Assembly (NCBI RefSeq): GCF_964355755.1
Contig: NW_027306095.1
Span: forward strand, 496,001 to 560,000
Direction of reading: 5' to 3'
Length of the DNA stretch: 64,000 bases
Origin: Antedon mediterranea
Lineage: Eukaryota; Animalia; Echinodermata
The position numbers and the translations under genes were made by a program. Each line of letters starts with the position of its first letter. Positions within the stretch are counted from its first letter, which is position 1. Below the pieces are notes generated by a model. It did no database searches and was not told the DNA's origin. It worked only from the letters and a program-made list of their open reading frames with translations. Below, piece after piece: positions 39,883-52,829 of this stretch.

Positions 39883-42800
39883 TGCGATTTGAAGCTATTT
39901 TGTGCACTTTGATGTTTTTGTGTGAAAAGTTTCATCGAAATTCACAAAATTGTCTAAAACGTCTCCAATTACAATATTAAGAAATTCTATGCACTTTGAT
40001 GTTTTTGAGTGAAAAGTTTTTTTCGAAATGCACAAAATGGTCTAAAACGTCTCCAAATGCGATTTGGAGCTCTTTTGTGCACTTTGATGTTTTGTGTAAA
40101 AAGTTTGCTATTTTGTGCACTTTAATGTTTTGTGTGAAAAGTTTTATCGAAATGCTCAAAATTGTCTAAAACGGTTTCAAATGTGATTTTAAGCACTTTG
40201 ATATTTTTGTGTAATCAAGTTTTTTCGAAATGCACAACATGGTCTAAAACGTCTCCAAATGCGATTTGAAGCTATTTTGTGCACTTTGATGTTTTTTTGT
40301 GAAAAATTTCATCGAAATGCACAAAATGGTCTAAAACGTCTCTAAATGCGATTTGAAGTTATTTTGTGCACTTTGATGTTTTGTGTGAAAAGTTTTATCG
40401 AAATGCTCAAAATTGTCTAAAACGGTTTCAAATGTGATTTTAAGCACTTTGATATTTTTGTGTAATCAAGTTTCATCGAAATGCACAAAATGGTCTAAAA
40501 CGTCTGCAAATGCGATTTAAAGCTATTTTGTGCACTTTGATGTTTTGTGTGAAAAGTTTTATCGAAATTCTCAAAATGGTCTAAAACGGTTTCAAATGTG
40601 ATTTTAAGCACTTTGATGTTTTTGTGTAATCAAGTTTCATCGAAATGCACAAAATGGTTTAAAACGTCTGCAAATGCGATTTGAAGCTATTTTGTGCAAT
40701 TTGATGTTTTTGTGTGAAAAGTTTCATCGAAATGCACAAAATTGTCTAAAACGTTTCCAAATACGATATTAAGCTATTGTATGCACTTTGATGTTTTTGA
40801 GTGAAAAGTTTTTTCGAAATGCACAAAATGGTCTAAAATGCGATTTGGAGCTCTTTTGTGCACTTTGATGTTTTGTGTTAAAAGTTTGCTATTTTGTGCA
40901 CTTTAATGTTTTGTGTGAAAACTTTTATCGAAATGCTCAAAATTGTCTAAAACGGTTTCAAATGTGATTTTAATCACTTTGATATTTTTGTGTAATCAAG
41001 TTTTTTCGAAATGCACAATATGGTCTAAAACGTCTCCAAATGCGATTTGAAGCTATTTTGTGCACTTTGATGTTTTTGTGTGAAAAGTTTCATCGAAATG
41101 CACAAAATGGTCTAAAACGTCTCTAAATGCGATTTAAAGCTATTTTGTGCACTTTGATGTTTTTGTGTGAAAAGTTTCATCGAAATGCACAAAATGGTCT
41201 AAAACGTCTCTAAATGCGATTTCAAGCTATTTTGTGCACTTTGATGTTTTTTTGTGAAAAGTTTCATCGAAATGCACAAAATGGTCTAAAACGTCTCTAA
41301 ATGCGATTTGAAGCTATTTTGTGCACTTTGTCGTTTTTGTGTGAAAAGTTTCATCGAAATGCTCAAAATGGTCTAAAACGGTTTCAAATGTGATTTTGTG
41401 CACTTTGATGTTTTTGTGTAATCAAGTTTCATCGAAATGCACAAAATGGTTTAAAACGTCTGCAAATGCGATTTGAAGCTATTTTGTGCACTTTGATGTT
41501 TTGTGTAATCCAGTTTCATCGAAATGTACAAAATTGTCTAAAACCTCTCAAAATGCGATTTGAAGCTATTTTGTGCACTTTGATGTTTTTGTGTGAAAAG
41601 TTTCATCGAAATGCACAAAATTGTCTAAAACGTCTCCAAATACGATATTAAGCTATTGTATGCACTTTGATGTTTTTGAGTGAAAAGTTTTTTCGAAATG
41701 CACAAAATGGTCTAAAACGTCTCCAAATGCGATTTGGAGCTCTTTTGTGCACTTTGATGTTTTGTGTAAAAAGTTTGCTATTTTGTGCACTTTAATGTTT
41801 TGTGTGAAAAGTCGAAATGCTCAAAATTGTCTAAAACGGTTTCAAATGTGATTTTAAGCACTTTGATATTTTTGTGTAATCAAGTTTTTTCGAAATGCAC
41901 AACATGGTCTAAAACGTCTCCAAATACGATTTGAAGCTCTTTTGTGCACTTTGATGTTTTGTGTAATAAGTTTTATAGAAACGCACAAAATGGTCTAAAA
42001 CGGTTTCAAATGTGATTTTAAGCACTTTGATATTTTTGTTTAACCAAGTTTCATCGAAATGCACATAATGGTCTAAAACGTCTCCAAATGCGATTTGAAG
42101 CTGTTTTTGTGTGAAAAGTTTTTTCGAAATACACAAAATGGTCTAAAACGTCTCCAAATACAATTTGGAACTCTTTTGTGCACTTTGATGTTTTGTGTCA
42201 AAAGTTTTATAGAAATGCTCGAAATGGTCTAAAACGGTTTCAAATGTGATTTTAAGCACTTTGATATTTTTGTGTAATCAAGTTTCATCGAAATGCACAA
42301 AATGGTCTAAAACGTGTTCAAATGCGATTTGAAGCTATTTTGTGATTTTAAGAATTTTGATATTTTTGTGAAATCAAGTTTCATCGAATGCACAAACTGG
42401 TCTAAACCTCTCAAAATGCGATTTGAAGCTATTTTGTGCACTTTCATGTTTTTGTGTGAAAAGTTTCATCGAAATTCACAAAATTGTCTAAAACGTCTCC
42501 AAATACAATATTAAGCAATTGTATGCACTTTGATGTTTTTGAGTGAAAAGTTTTTTTCGAAATGCACAAAATGGTCTAAAACGTCTCCAAATGCGATTTG
42601 GAGCTCTTTTGTGCACTTTGATGTTTTGTGTAAAAAGTTTGCTATTTTGTGCACTTTAATGTTTTGTGTGAAAAGTTTTATCGAAATGCTCATAATTGTT
42701 TAAAACGGTTTCAAATGTGATTTTAAGCACTTTAATATTTTTGTGTAATCAAGTTTTTTCGAAATGCACAACATGGTCTAAAACGTCTCCAAATGCGATT

Positions 42801-45800
42801 TGAAGCTATTTTGTGCACTTTGATGTTTTTTTGTGAAAAATTTCATCGAAATGCACAAAATGGTCTAAAACGTCTCTAAATGCGATTTGAAGTTATTTTG
42901 TGCACTTTGATGTTTTGTGTGAAAAGTTTTATCGAAATGCTCAAAATTGTCTAAAACGGTTTCAAATGTGATTTTAAGCACTTTGATATTTTTGTGTAAT
43001 CAAGTTTCATCGAAATGCACAAAATGGTCTAAAACGTCTGCAAATGCGATTTAAAGCTATTTTGTGCACTTTATTGTTTTGTGTGAAAAGTTTTATCGAA
43101 ATTCTCAAAATGGTCTAAAACGGTTTCAAATGTGATTTTAAGCACTTTGATGTTTTTGTGTAATCAAGTTTCATCGAAATGCACAAAATGGTTTAAAACG
43201 TCTGCAAATGCGATTTGAAGCTATTTTGTGCACTTTGATGTTTTTGTGTGAAAAGTTTCATCGAAATGCACAAAATTGTCTAAAACGTTTCCAAATACGA
43301 TATTAAGCTATTGTATGCACTTTGATGTTTTTGAGTGAAAAGTTTTTTCGAAATGCACAAAATGGTCTAAAACGTCTCCAAATGCGATTTGGAGCTCTTT
43401 TGTGCACTTTGATGTTTTGTGTAAAAAGTTTGCTATTTTGTGCACTTTAATGTTTTGTGTGAAAACTTTTATCGAAATGCTCAAAATTGTCTAAAACGGT
43501 TTCAAATGTGATTTTAATCACTTTGATATTTTTGTGTAATCAAGTTTTTTCGAAATGCACAATATGGTCTAAAACGTCTCCAAATGCGATTTGAAGCTAT
43601 TTTGTGCACTTTGATGTTTTTGTGTGAAAAGTTTCATCGAAATGCACAAAATGGTCTAAAACGTCTCTAAATGCGATTTGAAGCTATTTTGTGCACTTTG
43701 ATGTTTTTGTGTGAAAAGTTTCATCGAAATGCACAAAATGGTCTAAAACGTCTCTAAATGCGATTTGAAGCTATTTTGTGCACTTTGATGTTTTTTTGTG
43801 AAAAGTTTCATCGAAATGCACAAAATGGTCTAAAACGTCTCTAAATGCGATTTGAAGCTATTTTGTGCACTTTGTCGTTTTTGTGTGAAAAGTTTCATCG
43901 AAATGCTCAAAATGGTCTAAAACGTCTCCAAATGCGATTTGAAGCAATTTTGTGCACTTTGATGTTTTTGTGTGAAAAGTTTCATCGAAATGCACAAAAT
44001 GGTCTAAAACGTCTGCAAATGCGATTTGAAGCTATTTTGTGCACTTTGTCGTTTTTGTGTGAAAAGTTTTTTCGAAATGCACAAAATGGTCTAAAACGTC
44101 TCCAATTGCGATTTGAAGTTATTTTGTGCACTTTGATGTTTTGTGTGAAAAGTTTTATCGAAATGCTCAAAATGGTCTAAAACGGTTTCAAATGTGATTT
44201 TAAGCACTTTGATATTTTTGTGTAATCAAGTTTCATCGAAATGCACAAAATGGTCTAAAACGTCTGCAAATGCGATTTAAAGCTATTTTGTGCACTTTAA
44301 TGTTTTGTGTGAAAAGTTTTATCAAAATTCTCAAAATGGTCTAAAACGGTTTCAAATGTGATTTTAAGCACTTTGATGTTTTTGTGTAATCAAGTTTCAT
44401 CGAAATGCAATAAATGGTTTAAAACGTCTGCAAATGCGATTTGAAGCTATTTTGTGCACTTTGATGTTTTTGTGTGAAAAGTTTCATCGAAATGCACAAA
44501 ATTGTCTAAAACGTCTCCAAATACGATATTAAGCTATTGTATGCACTTTGATGTTTTTGAGTGAAAAGTTTTTTCGAAATGCACAAAAGGGTCTAAAACG
44601 TCTCCAAATGCGATTTGGAGCTCTTTTGTGCACTTTGATGTTTTGTGTAAAAAGTTTGCTATTTTGTGCACTTTAATGTTTTGTGTGAAAAGTTTTATCG
44701 AAATGCTCAAAATTGTCTAAAACGGTTTCAAATGTGATTTTAAGCACTTTGATATTTTTGTGTAATCAAGTTTTTTCGAAATGCACAACATGGTCTTAAA
44801 CGTCTCCAAATGCGATTTGAAGCTATTTTGTGCACTTTGATGTTTTTGTGTGAAAAGTTTCATCGAAATGCACAAAATGGTCTAAAACGTCTCTAAATGC
44901 GATTTGAAGCTATTTTGTGCACTTTGATGTTTTTGTGTGAAAAGTTTCATCGAAATGCACAAAATGGTCTAAAACGTCTCTAAATGCGATTTGAAGCTAT
45001 TTTGTGCACTTTGTCGTTTTTGTGTGAAAAGTTTCATCGAAATGTACAAAATTGTCTAAAACCTCTCAAAATGCGATTTGAAGCTATTTTGTGCACTTTG
45101 ATGTTTTTGTGTGAAAAGTTTCATCGAAATGCACAAAATGGTCTAAAACGTCTCTAAATGCGATTTGAAGCTATTTTGTGCACTTTGTCGTTTTTGTGTG
45201 AAAAGTTTCATCGAAATGCTCAAAATGGTCTAAAACGTCTCCAAATGCGATTTGAAGCAATTTTGTGCAAATTGATGTTTTTGTGTGAAAAGTTTCATCG
45301 AAATGCACAAAATGGTCTAAAACGTCTGCAAATGCGATTTGAAGCTATTTTGTGCACTTTGACGTTTTTTTGTGAAAAGTTTCATCGAAATGCACAAAAT
45401 TGTCTAAAACGTCTCTAAATGCGATTTGAAGCTATTTTGTGTACTTTGTCGTTTTTGTGTGAAAAGTTTCATCGAAATGCTCAAAATGGTCTAAAACGTC
45501 TCCAAATGCGATTTGAAGCAATTTTGTGCACTTTGATGTTTTTGTGTGAAAAGTTTCATCGAAATGCACAAAATGGTCTAAAACGTCTGCAAATGCGATT
45601 TGAAGCTATTTTGTGCACTTTGTCGTTTTTGTGTGAAAAATTTTTTCGAAATGCACAAAATGGTCTAAAACGTCTCCAATTGCGATTTGAAGTTATTTTG
45701 TGCACTTTGATGTTTTGTGTGAAAAGTTTTATCGAAATGCTCAAAATGGTCTAAAACGGTTTCAAATGTGATTTTAAGCACTTTGATATTTTTGTGTAAT

Positions 45801-46289
45801 CAAGTTTCATCGAAATGCACAAAATGGTCTAAAACGTCTGCAAATGCGATTTAAAGCTATTTTGTGCACTTTAATGTTTTGTGTGAAAAGTTTTATCGAA
45901 ATTCTCAAAATGGTCTAAAACGGTTTCAAATGTGATTTTAAGAACTTTGATGTTTTTGTGTAATCAAGTTTCATCGAAATGCACTAAATGGTTTAAAACG
46001 TCTGCAAATGCGATTTGAAGCTATTTTGTGCACTTTGATGTTTTTGTGTGAAAAGTTTCATCGAAATGCACAAAATTGTCTAAAACGTCTCCAAATACGA
46101 TATTAAGCTATTGTATGCACTTTGATGTTTTTGAGTGAAAAGTTTTTTCGAAATGCACAAAATGGTCTAAAACGTCTCCAAATGCGATTTGGAGCTCTTT
46201 TGTGCACTTTAATGTTTTGTGTAAAAAGTTTGCTATTTTGTGCACTTTAATGTTTTTGTGTGAAAAGTTTCATCGAAATGCACAAAATG

Positions 46290-47821
46290 GTCTCAAACGT
46301 CTGGAAATGCGAGTTAAAGCTATTATGTGCACTTTGTCGTTTTTGTGTGAAAAGTATATTCGAAATGCTCCAAATGGTCTAAAACGTCTCCAAATGCGAT
46401 TTGAAGCTATTTTGTGATTTTAAGAACTTTGATGTTTTTGTGTGAAAAGTTTCATCGAAATGCACAAAATGGTCTAAATGCGATTTGAAGCTATTTTGTG
46501 CACTTTGATGTTTTTTTGTGAAAAGTTTCATCGAAATGCACAAAATGGTCTAAAACGTCTCCAAATACGATATTAAGCTATTGTATGTATGTTGATGTTT
46601 TTGTGTGAAAAGTTTTATCGAAATGCTCAAAATGGTCTAAAACGGTTTCAAATGTGATTTTAAGCACTTTGATGTTTTTGTGTAATCAAGTTTCATCGAA
46701 ATGCACAAAATGGTCTAAAACATCTGCAAATGCGATTTTAAGCTATTTTGTGCACTTTCATGTTTTGTGTGAAAAGTTTTATCGAAATGCTCAAAATGGT
46801 CTAAAACGGTTTCAAATGTGATTTTAAGCACTTTGATATTTTTGTGTAATCAAGTTTCATCGAAATGCACCAAATTGTCTAAAACGTCTGCAAATGCGAT
46901 TTGAAGCTATTTTGTGCACTTTGATGTTTTTGTGTGAAAAGTTTCACCAAAATGCACAAAATGGTCTAAAACGTCTCCAAATATGATATTAAGCTATTGT
47001 ATGCACTTTGTTGTTTTTATCTGAAAAGTTTTCACGAAATGCACAAAATGATCTAAAACGTCTCTAAATGCGATTTGAAGTTATTTTGTGCACTTTAATG
47101 TTTTGTGTGAAAAGTTTTATCGAAATGCACAAAATGGTCTAAAACGTCTCCAAATGCGATTTGAAGCTATTTTTTGCACTTTGATGTTTTGTGTGAAAAG
47201 TTTCACCAAAATGCACAAAATGGTCTAAAACGTCTCCAAATCCGTTTTGAAGCTAATCTAAGCACTTTGATGTTGTTATGTTAAACAAGTTTTTTCGAAA
47301 TGCACAAAATGGTCTAAAACGTCTCCAAATACGATTTGAAGCTCTTTTGTGCACTTTGATGTTTTGTGTAATAAGTTTTATAGAAACGCACAAAATGGTC
47401 TAAAACGGTTTCAAATGTGATTTTAAGCACTTTGATATTTTTGTTTAACCAAGTTTCATCGAAATGCACATAATGGTCTAAAACGTCTCCAAATGCGATT
47501 TGAAGCTGTTTTTGTGTGAAAAGTTTTTTCGAAATACACAAAATGGTCTAAAACGTCTCCAAATACGATTTGGAACTCTTTTGTGCACTTTGATGTTTTG
47601 TGTCAAAAGTTTTATAGAAATGCCCGAAATGGTCTAAAACGGTTTCAAATGTGATTTTAAGCACTTTGATATTTTTGTGTAATCAAGTTTCATCGAAATG
47701 CACAAAATGGTCTAAAACGTGTTCAAATGCGATTTGAAGCTATTTTGTGATTTTAAGAACTTTGATATTTTTGTGTAATCAAGTTTCATCGAATGCACAA
47801 ACTGGTCTAAACCTCTCAAAA
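46290..47821 (+). repeat. Diverged cassette, copy 4 (subtype b)
   Basis: Copy 2 +12782, with the same subtype-b variants. Confidence 0.9.
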
Positions 47822-50800
47822 TGCGATTTGAAGCTATTTTGTGCACATTGATGTTTTTTTGTGAAAAGTTTCATCGAAATGCACAAAACGGTCTAAAACG
47901 TCTCTAAATGCGATTTGAAGTTATTTTGTGCACTTTGATGTTTTGTGTGAAAAGTTTTATCGAAATGCTCAAAATGGTCTAAAACGGTTTCAAATTTGAT
48001 TTTAAGCACTTTGATATTTTTGTGTAATCAAGTTTCATCGAAATGCACAAAATGGTCTAAAACGTCTGCAAATGCGATTTAAAGCTATTTTGTGCACTTT
48101 AATGTTTTGTGTGAAAAGTTTTATCGAAATTCTCAAAATGGTCTAAAACGGTTTCAAATGTGATTTTAAGCACTTTGATGTTTTTGTGTAATCAAGTTTC
48201 ATCGAAATGCACAAAATGGTTTAAAACGTCTGCAAATGCGATTTGAAGCTATTTTGTGCACTTTGATGTTTTTGTGTGAAAAGTTTCATCGAAATGCACA
48301 AAATTGTCTAAAACGTTTCCAAATACGATATTAAGCTATTGTATGCACTTTGATGTTTTTGAGTGAAAAGTTTTTTCGAAATGCACAAAATGGTCTAAAA
48401 CGTCTCCAAATGCGATTTGGAGCTCTTTTGTGCACTTTGATGTTTTGTGTAAAAAGTTTGCTATTTTGTGCACTTTAATGTTTTGTGTGAAAAGTTTTAT
48501 CGAAATGCTCAAAATTGTCTAAAACGGTTTCAAATGTGATTTTAATCACTTTGATATTTTTGTGTAATCAAGTTTTTTCGAAATGCACAACATGGTCTAA
48601 AACGTCTCCAAATGCGATTTGAAGCTATTTTGTGCACTTTGATGTTTTTGTGTGAAAAGTTTCATCGAAATGCACAAAATGGTCTAAAACGTCTCTAAAT
48701 GCGATTTGAAGCTATTTTGTGCACTTTGTCGTTTTTGTGTGAAAAGTTTCATCGAAATGCTCAAAATGGTCTAAAACGTCTCCAAATGCGATTTGAAGCT
48801 ATATTGTGCACTTTGTCGTTTTTGTGTGAAAAGTTTCATCGAAATGCTCAAAATGGTCTAAAACGTCTCTAAATGCGATTTGAAGCTATTTTGTGCACTT
48901 TGATGTTTTTTTGTGAAAAGTTTCATCGAAATGCACAAAATGGTCTAAAACGTCTCTAAATGCGATTTGAAGCTATTTTGTGCACTTTGATGTTTTTGTG
49001 TGAAAAGTTTCATCGAAATGCACAAAATGGTCTAAAACGTCTCTAAATGCGATTTGAAGCTATTTTGTGCACTTTGATGTTTTTTTGTGAAAAGTTTCAC
49101 CGAAATGCACAAAATGGACTAAAACGTCTCTAAATGCGATTTGAAGCTATTTTGTGCACTTTGTCGTTTTTGTGTGAAAAGTTTCATCGAAATGCTCAAA
49201 ATGGTCTAAAACGTCTCCAAATGCGATTTGAAGAAATTTTGTGCACTTTGATGTTTTTGTGTGAAAAGTTTCATCGAAATGCACAAAATGGTCTAAAACG
49301 TCTGCAAATGCGATTTGAAGCTATTTTGTGCACTTTGATGTTTTGTGTAATCCAGTTTCATCGAAATGTACAAAATTGTCTAAAACGTCTCTAAATGCGA
49401 TTTGAAGCTATTTTGTGCACTTTGTCGTTTTTGTGTGAAAAGTTTTTTCGAAATGCACAAAATGGTCTAAAACGTGTCCAAATGCGATTTGAAGTTATTT
49501 TGTGCACTTTGATGTTTTGTGTGAAAAGTTTTATCGAAATGCTCAAAATGGTCTAAAACGGTTTCAAATGTGATTTTAAGCACCTTGATATTTTTGTGTA
49601 ATCAAGTTTCATCGAAATGCACAAAATGGTCTAAAACGTCTGCAAATGCGATTTGAAGCTATTTTGTGCACTTTGATGGTTTGGGTGAAAAGTTTCATCG
49701 AAATTCACAAAATGGTCAAAAATGTCTCCAAATGCGATTTGAAGCTATTTTGTGCACTTTGTTGTTTTGTGTGAAAAGTTTCATCGAAATGCACAAAATG
49801 GTCTAAAACGGTTTCAAATGTGATTTTAAGCACTTTGATATTTTTGTGTAATCAAGTTTTTTCGAAATGCACAACATGGTCTAAAACGTCTCCAAATGCG
49901 ATTTGAAGTTATTTCGTTCACTTTGATGTTTTTGTTTGAAAAGTTTCATCGAAATGCACAAAATGGTCTAAAACGTCTCTAAATGCGATTTGAACCTATT
50001 TTGTGCACTTTGATGTTTTTGTGTGAAAAGTTTCATCGAAATGCACAAAATGGTCTAAAACGTCTCTAAATGCGATTTGAAGCTATTTTGTGCACTTTGT
50101 CGTTTTTGTGTGAAAAGTTTCATCGAAATGCTCAAAATGGTCTAAAACGTCTCCAAATGCGATTTGAAGCTATTTTGTGCACTTCGATGTTTTTTTCTGA
50201 AAAGTTTCATCGAAATGCACAAAATGGTCTAAAACGTCTCTAAATGCGATTTGAAGCTATTTTGTGCACTTTGATGTTTTTGTGTGAAAAGTTTCATCGA
50301 AATGCACAAAATGGTCTTAAACGTCTCTAAATGCGATTTGAAGCTATTTTGTGCACTTTGTCGTTTTTGTGTGAAAAGTTTCATCGAAATGCTCAAAATG
50401 GTCTAAAACGTCTCCAAATGCGATTTGAAGCAATTTTGTGCACTTTGATGTTTTTGTGTGAAAAGTTTCATCGAAATGCACAAAATGGTCTAAAACGTCA
50501 GCAAATGCGATTTGAAGCTATTTTGTGCACTTTGATGTTTTTTTGTGAAAAGTTTCATCGAAAGGCACAAAATTGTCTAAAACGTCTCTAAATGCGATTT
50601 GAAGCTATTTTGTGCACTTTGTCGTTTTTGTGTGAAAAGTTTCATCGAAATGCTCAAAATGGTCTAAAACGTCTCCAAATGCGATTTGAAGCAATTTTGT
50701 GCACTTTGATGTTTTTGTGTGAAAAGTTTTTTCGAAATGCACAAAATGGTCTAAAACGTCTCCAAATGCGATTTGAAGCAATTTTGTGCACTTTGATGTT

Positions 50801-51298
50801 TTGTGTAATCCAGTTTCATCGAAATGTACAAAATTGTCTAAAACCTCTCAAAATGCGATTTGAAGCTATTTTGTGCACTTTGTCGTTTTTGTGTGAAAAG
50901 TTTCATCGAAATGCACAAAATTGTCTAAAACGTCTCCAAATACGATATTAAGCTATTGTATGCACTTTGATGTTTTTGAGTGAAAAGTTTTTTCGAAATG
51001 CACAAAATGGTCTAAAACGTCTCCAAATGCGATTTGGAGCTCTTTTGTGCACTTTGATGTTTTGTGTAAAAAGTTTGCTATTTTGTGCACTTTAATGTTT
51101 TGTGTGAAAATTTTTATCGAAATGCTCAAAATTGTCTAAAACGGTTTCAAATGTGATTTTAAGCACTTTGATATTTTTGTGTAATCAAGTTTTTTCGAAA
51201 TGCACAACATGGTCTAAAACGTCTCCAAATGCGATTTGAAGCTATTTTGTGCACTTTGATGTTTTTGTGTGAAAAGTTTCATCGAAATGCACAAAATG

Positions 51299-52829
51299 GT
51301 CTCAAACGTCTGGAAATGCGAGTTGAAGCTATTTTGTGCACTTTGTCGTTTTTGTGTGAAAAGTATATTCGAAATGCTCAAAATGGTCTAAAACGTCTCC
51401 AAATGCGATTTGAAGCTATTTTGTGATTTTAAGAACTTTGATGTTTTTGTGTGAAAAGTTTCATCGAAATGCACAAAATGGTCTAAATGCGATTTGAAGC
51501 TATTTTGTGCACTTTGATGTTTTTTTGTGAAAAGTTTCATCGAAATGCACAAAATGGTCTAAAACGTCTCCAAATACGATATTAAGCTATTGTATGTATG
51601 TTGATGTTTTTGTGTGAAAAGTTTTATCGAAATGCTCAAAATGGTCTAAAACGGTTTCAAATGTGATTTTAAGCACTTTGATGTTTTTGTGTAATCAAGT
51701 TTCATCGAAATGCACAAAATGGTCTAAAACATCTGCAAATGCGATTTTAAGCTATTTTGTGCACTTTCATGTTTTGTGTGAAAAGTTTTATCGAAATGCT
51801 CAAAATGGTCTAAAACGGTTTCAAATGTGATTTTAAGCACTTTGATATTTTTGTGTAATCAAGTTTCATCGAAATGCACCAAATTGTCTAAAACGTCTGC
51901 AAATGCGATTTGAAGCTATTTTGTGCACTTTGATGTTTTTGTGTGAAAAGTTTCATCGAAATGCACAAAATGGTCTAAAACGTCTCCAAATATGATATTA
52001 AGCTATTGTATGCACTTTGTTGTTTTTATCTGAAAAGTTTTCACGAAATGCACAAAAGATCTAAAACGTCTCTAAATGCGATTTGAAGTTATTTTGTGCA
52101 CTTTAATGTTTTGTGTGAAAAGTTTTATCGAAATGCACAAAATGGTCTAAAACGTCTCCAAATGCGATTTGAAGCTATTTTGTGCACTTTGATGTTTTGT
52201 GTGAAAAGTTTCACCAAAATGCACAAAATGGTCTAAAACGTCTCCAAATCCGTTTTGAAGCTAATCTAAGCACTTTGATGTTGTTATGTTAAACAAGTTT
52301 TTTCGAAATGCACAAAATGGTCTAAAACGTCTCCAAATACGATTTGAAGCTCTTTTGTGCACTTTGATGTTTTGTGTAATAAGTTTTATAGAAACGCACA
52401 AAATGGTCTAAAACGGTTTCAAATGTGATTTTAAGCACTTTGATATTTTTGTTTAACCAAGTTTCATCGAAATGCACATAATGGTCTAAAACGTCTCCAA
52501 ATGCGATTTGAAGCTGTTTTTGTGTGAAAAGTTTTTTCGAAATACACAAAATGGTCTAAAACGTCTCCAAATACAATTTGGAACTCTTTTGTGCACTTTG
52601 ATGTTTTGTGTCAAAAGTTTTATAGAAATGCTCGAAATGGTCTAAAACGGTTTCAAATGTGATTTTAAGCACTTTGATATTTTTGTGTAATCAAGTTTCA
52701 TCGAAATGCACAAAATGGTCTAAAACGTGTTCAAATGCGATTTGAAGCTATTTTGTGATTTTAAGAACTTTGATATTTTTGTGTAATCAAGTTTCATCGA
52801 ATGCACAAACTGGTCTAAACCTCTCAAAA
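51299..52829 (+). repeat. Diverged cassette, copy 5 (subtype a)
   Basis: Diagnostic variants present, with cacaaaagatct, gctcgaaat and aatacaatttggaac. Confidence 0.9.

Larger units (their letters stand above)
38063..51008 (+). repeat. Higher-order repeat unit 2 (12,946 bp = unit 1 plus a 164-bp dimer)
   Basis: The offset changes from 12782 to 12946 after ~48057-48220 (ORFs 36188/49134, 37385/50331, 37646/50592, 38283/51229). Confidence 0.93.
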
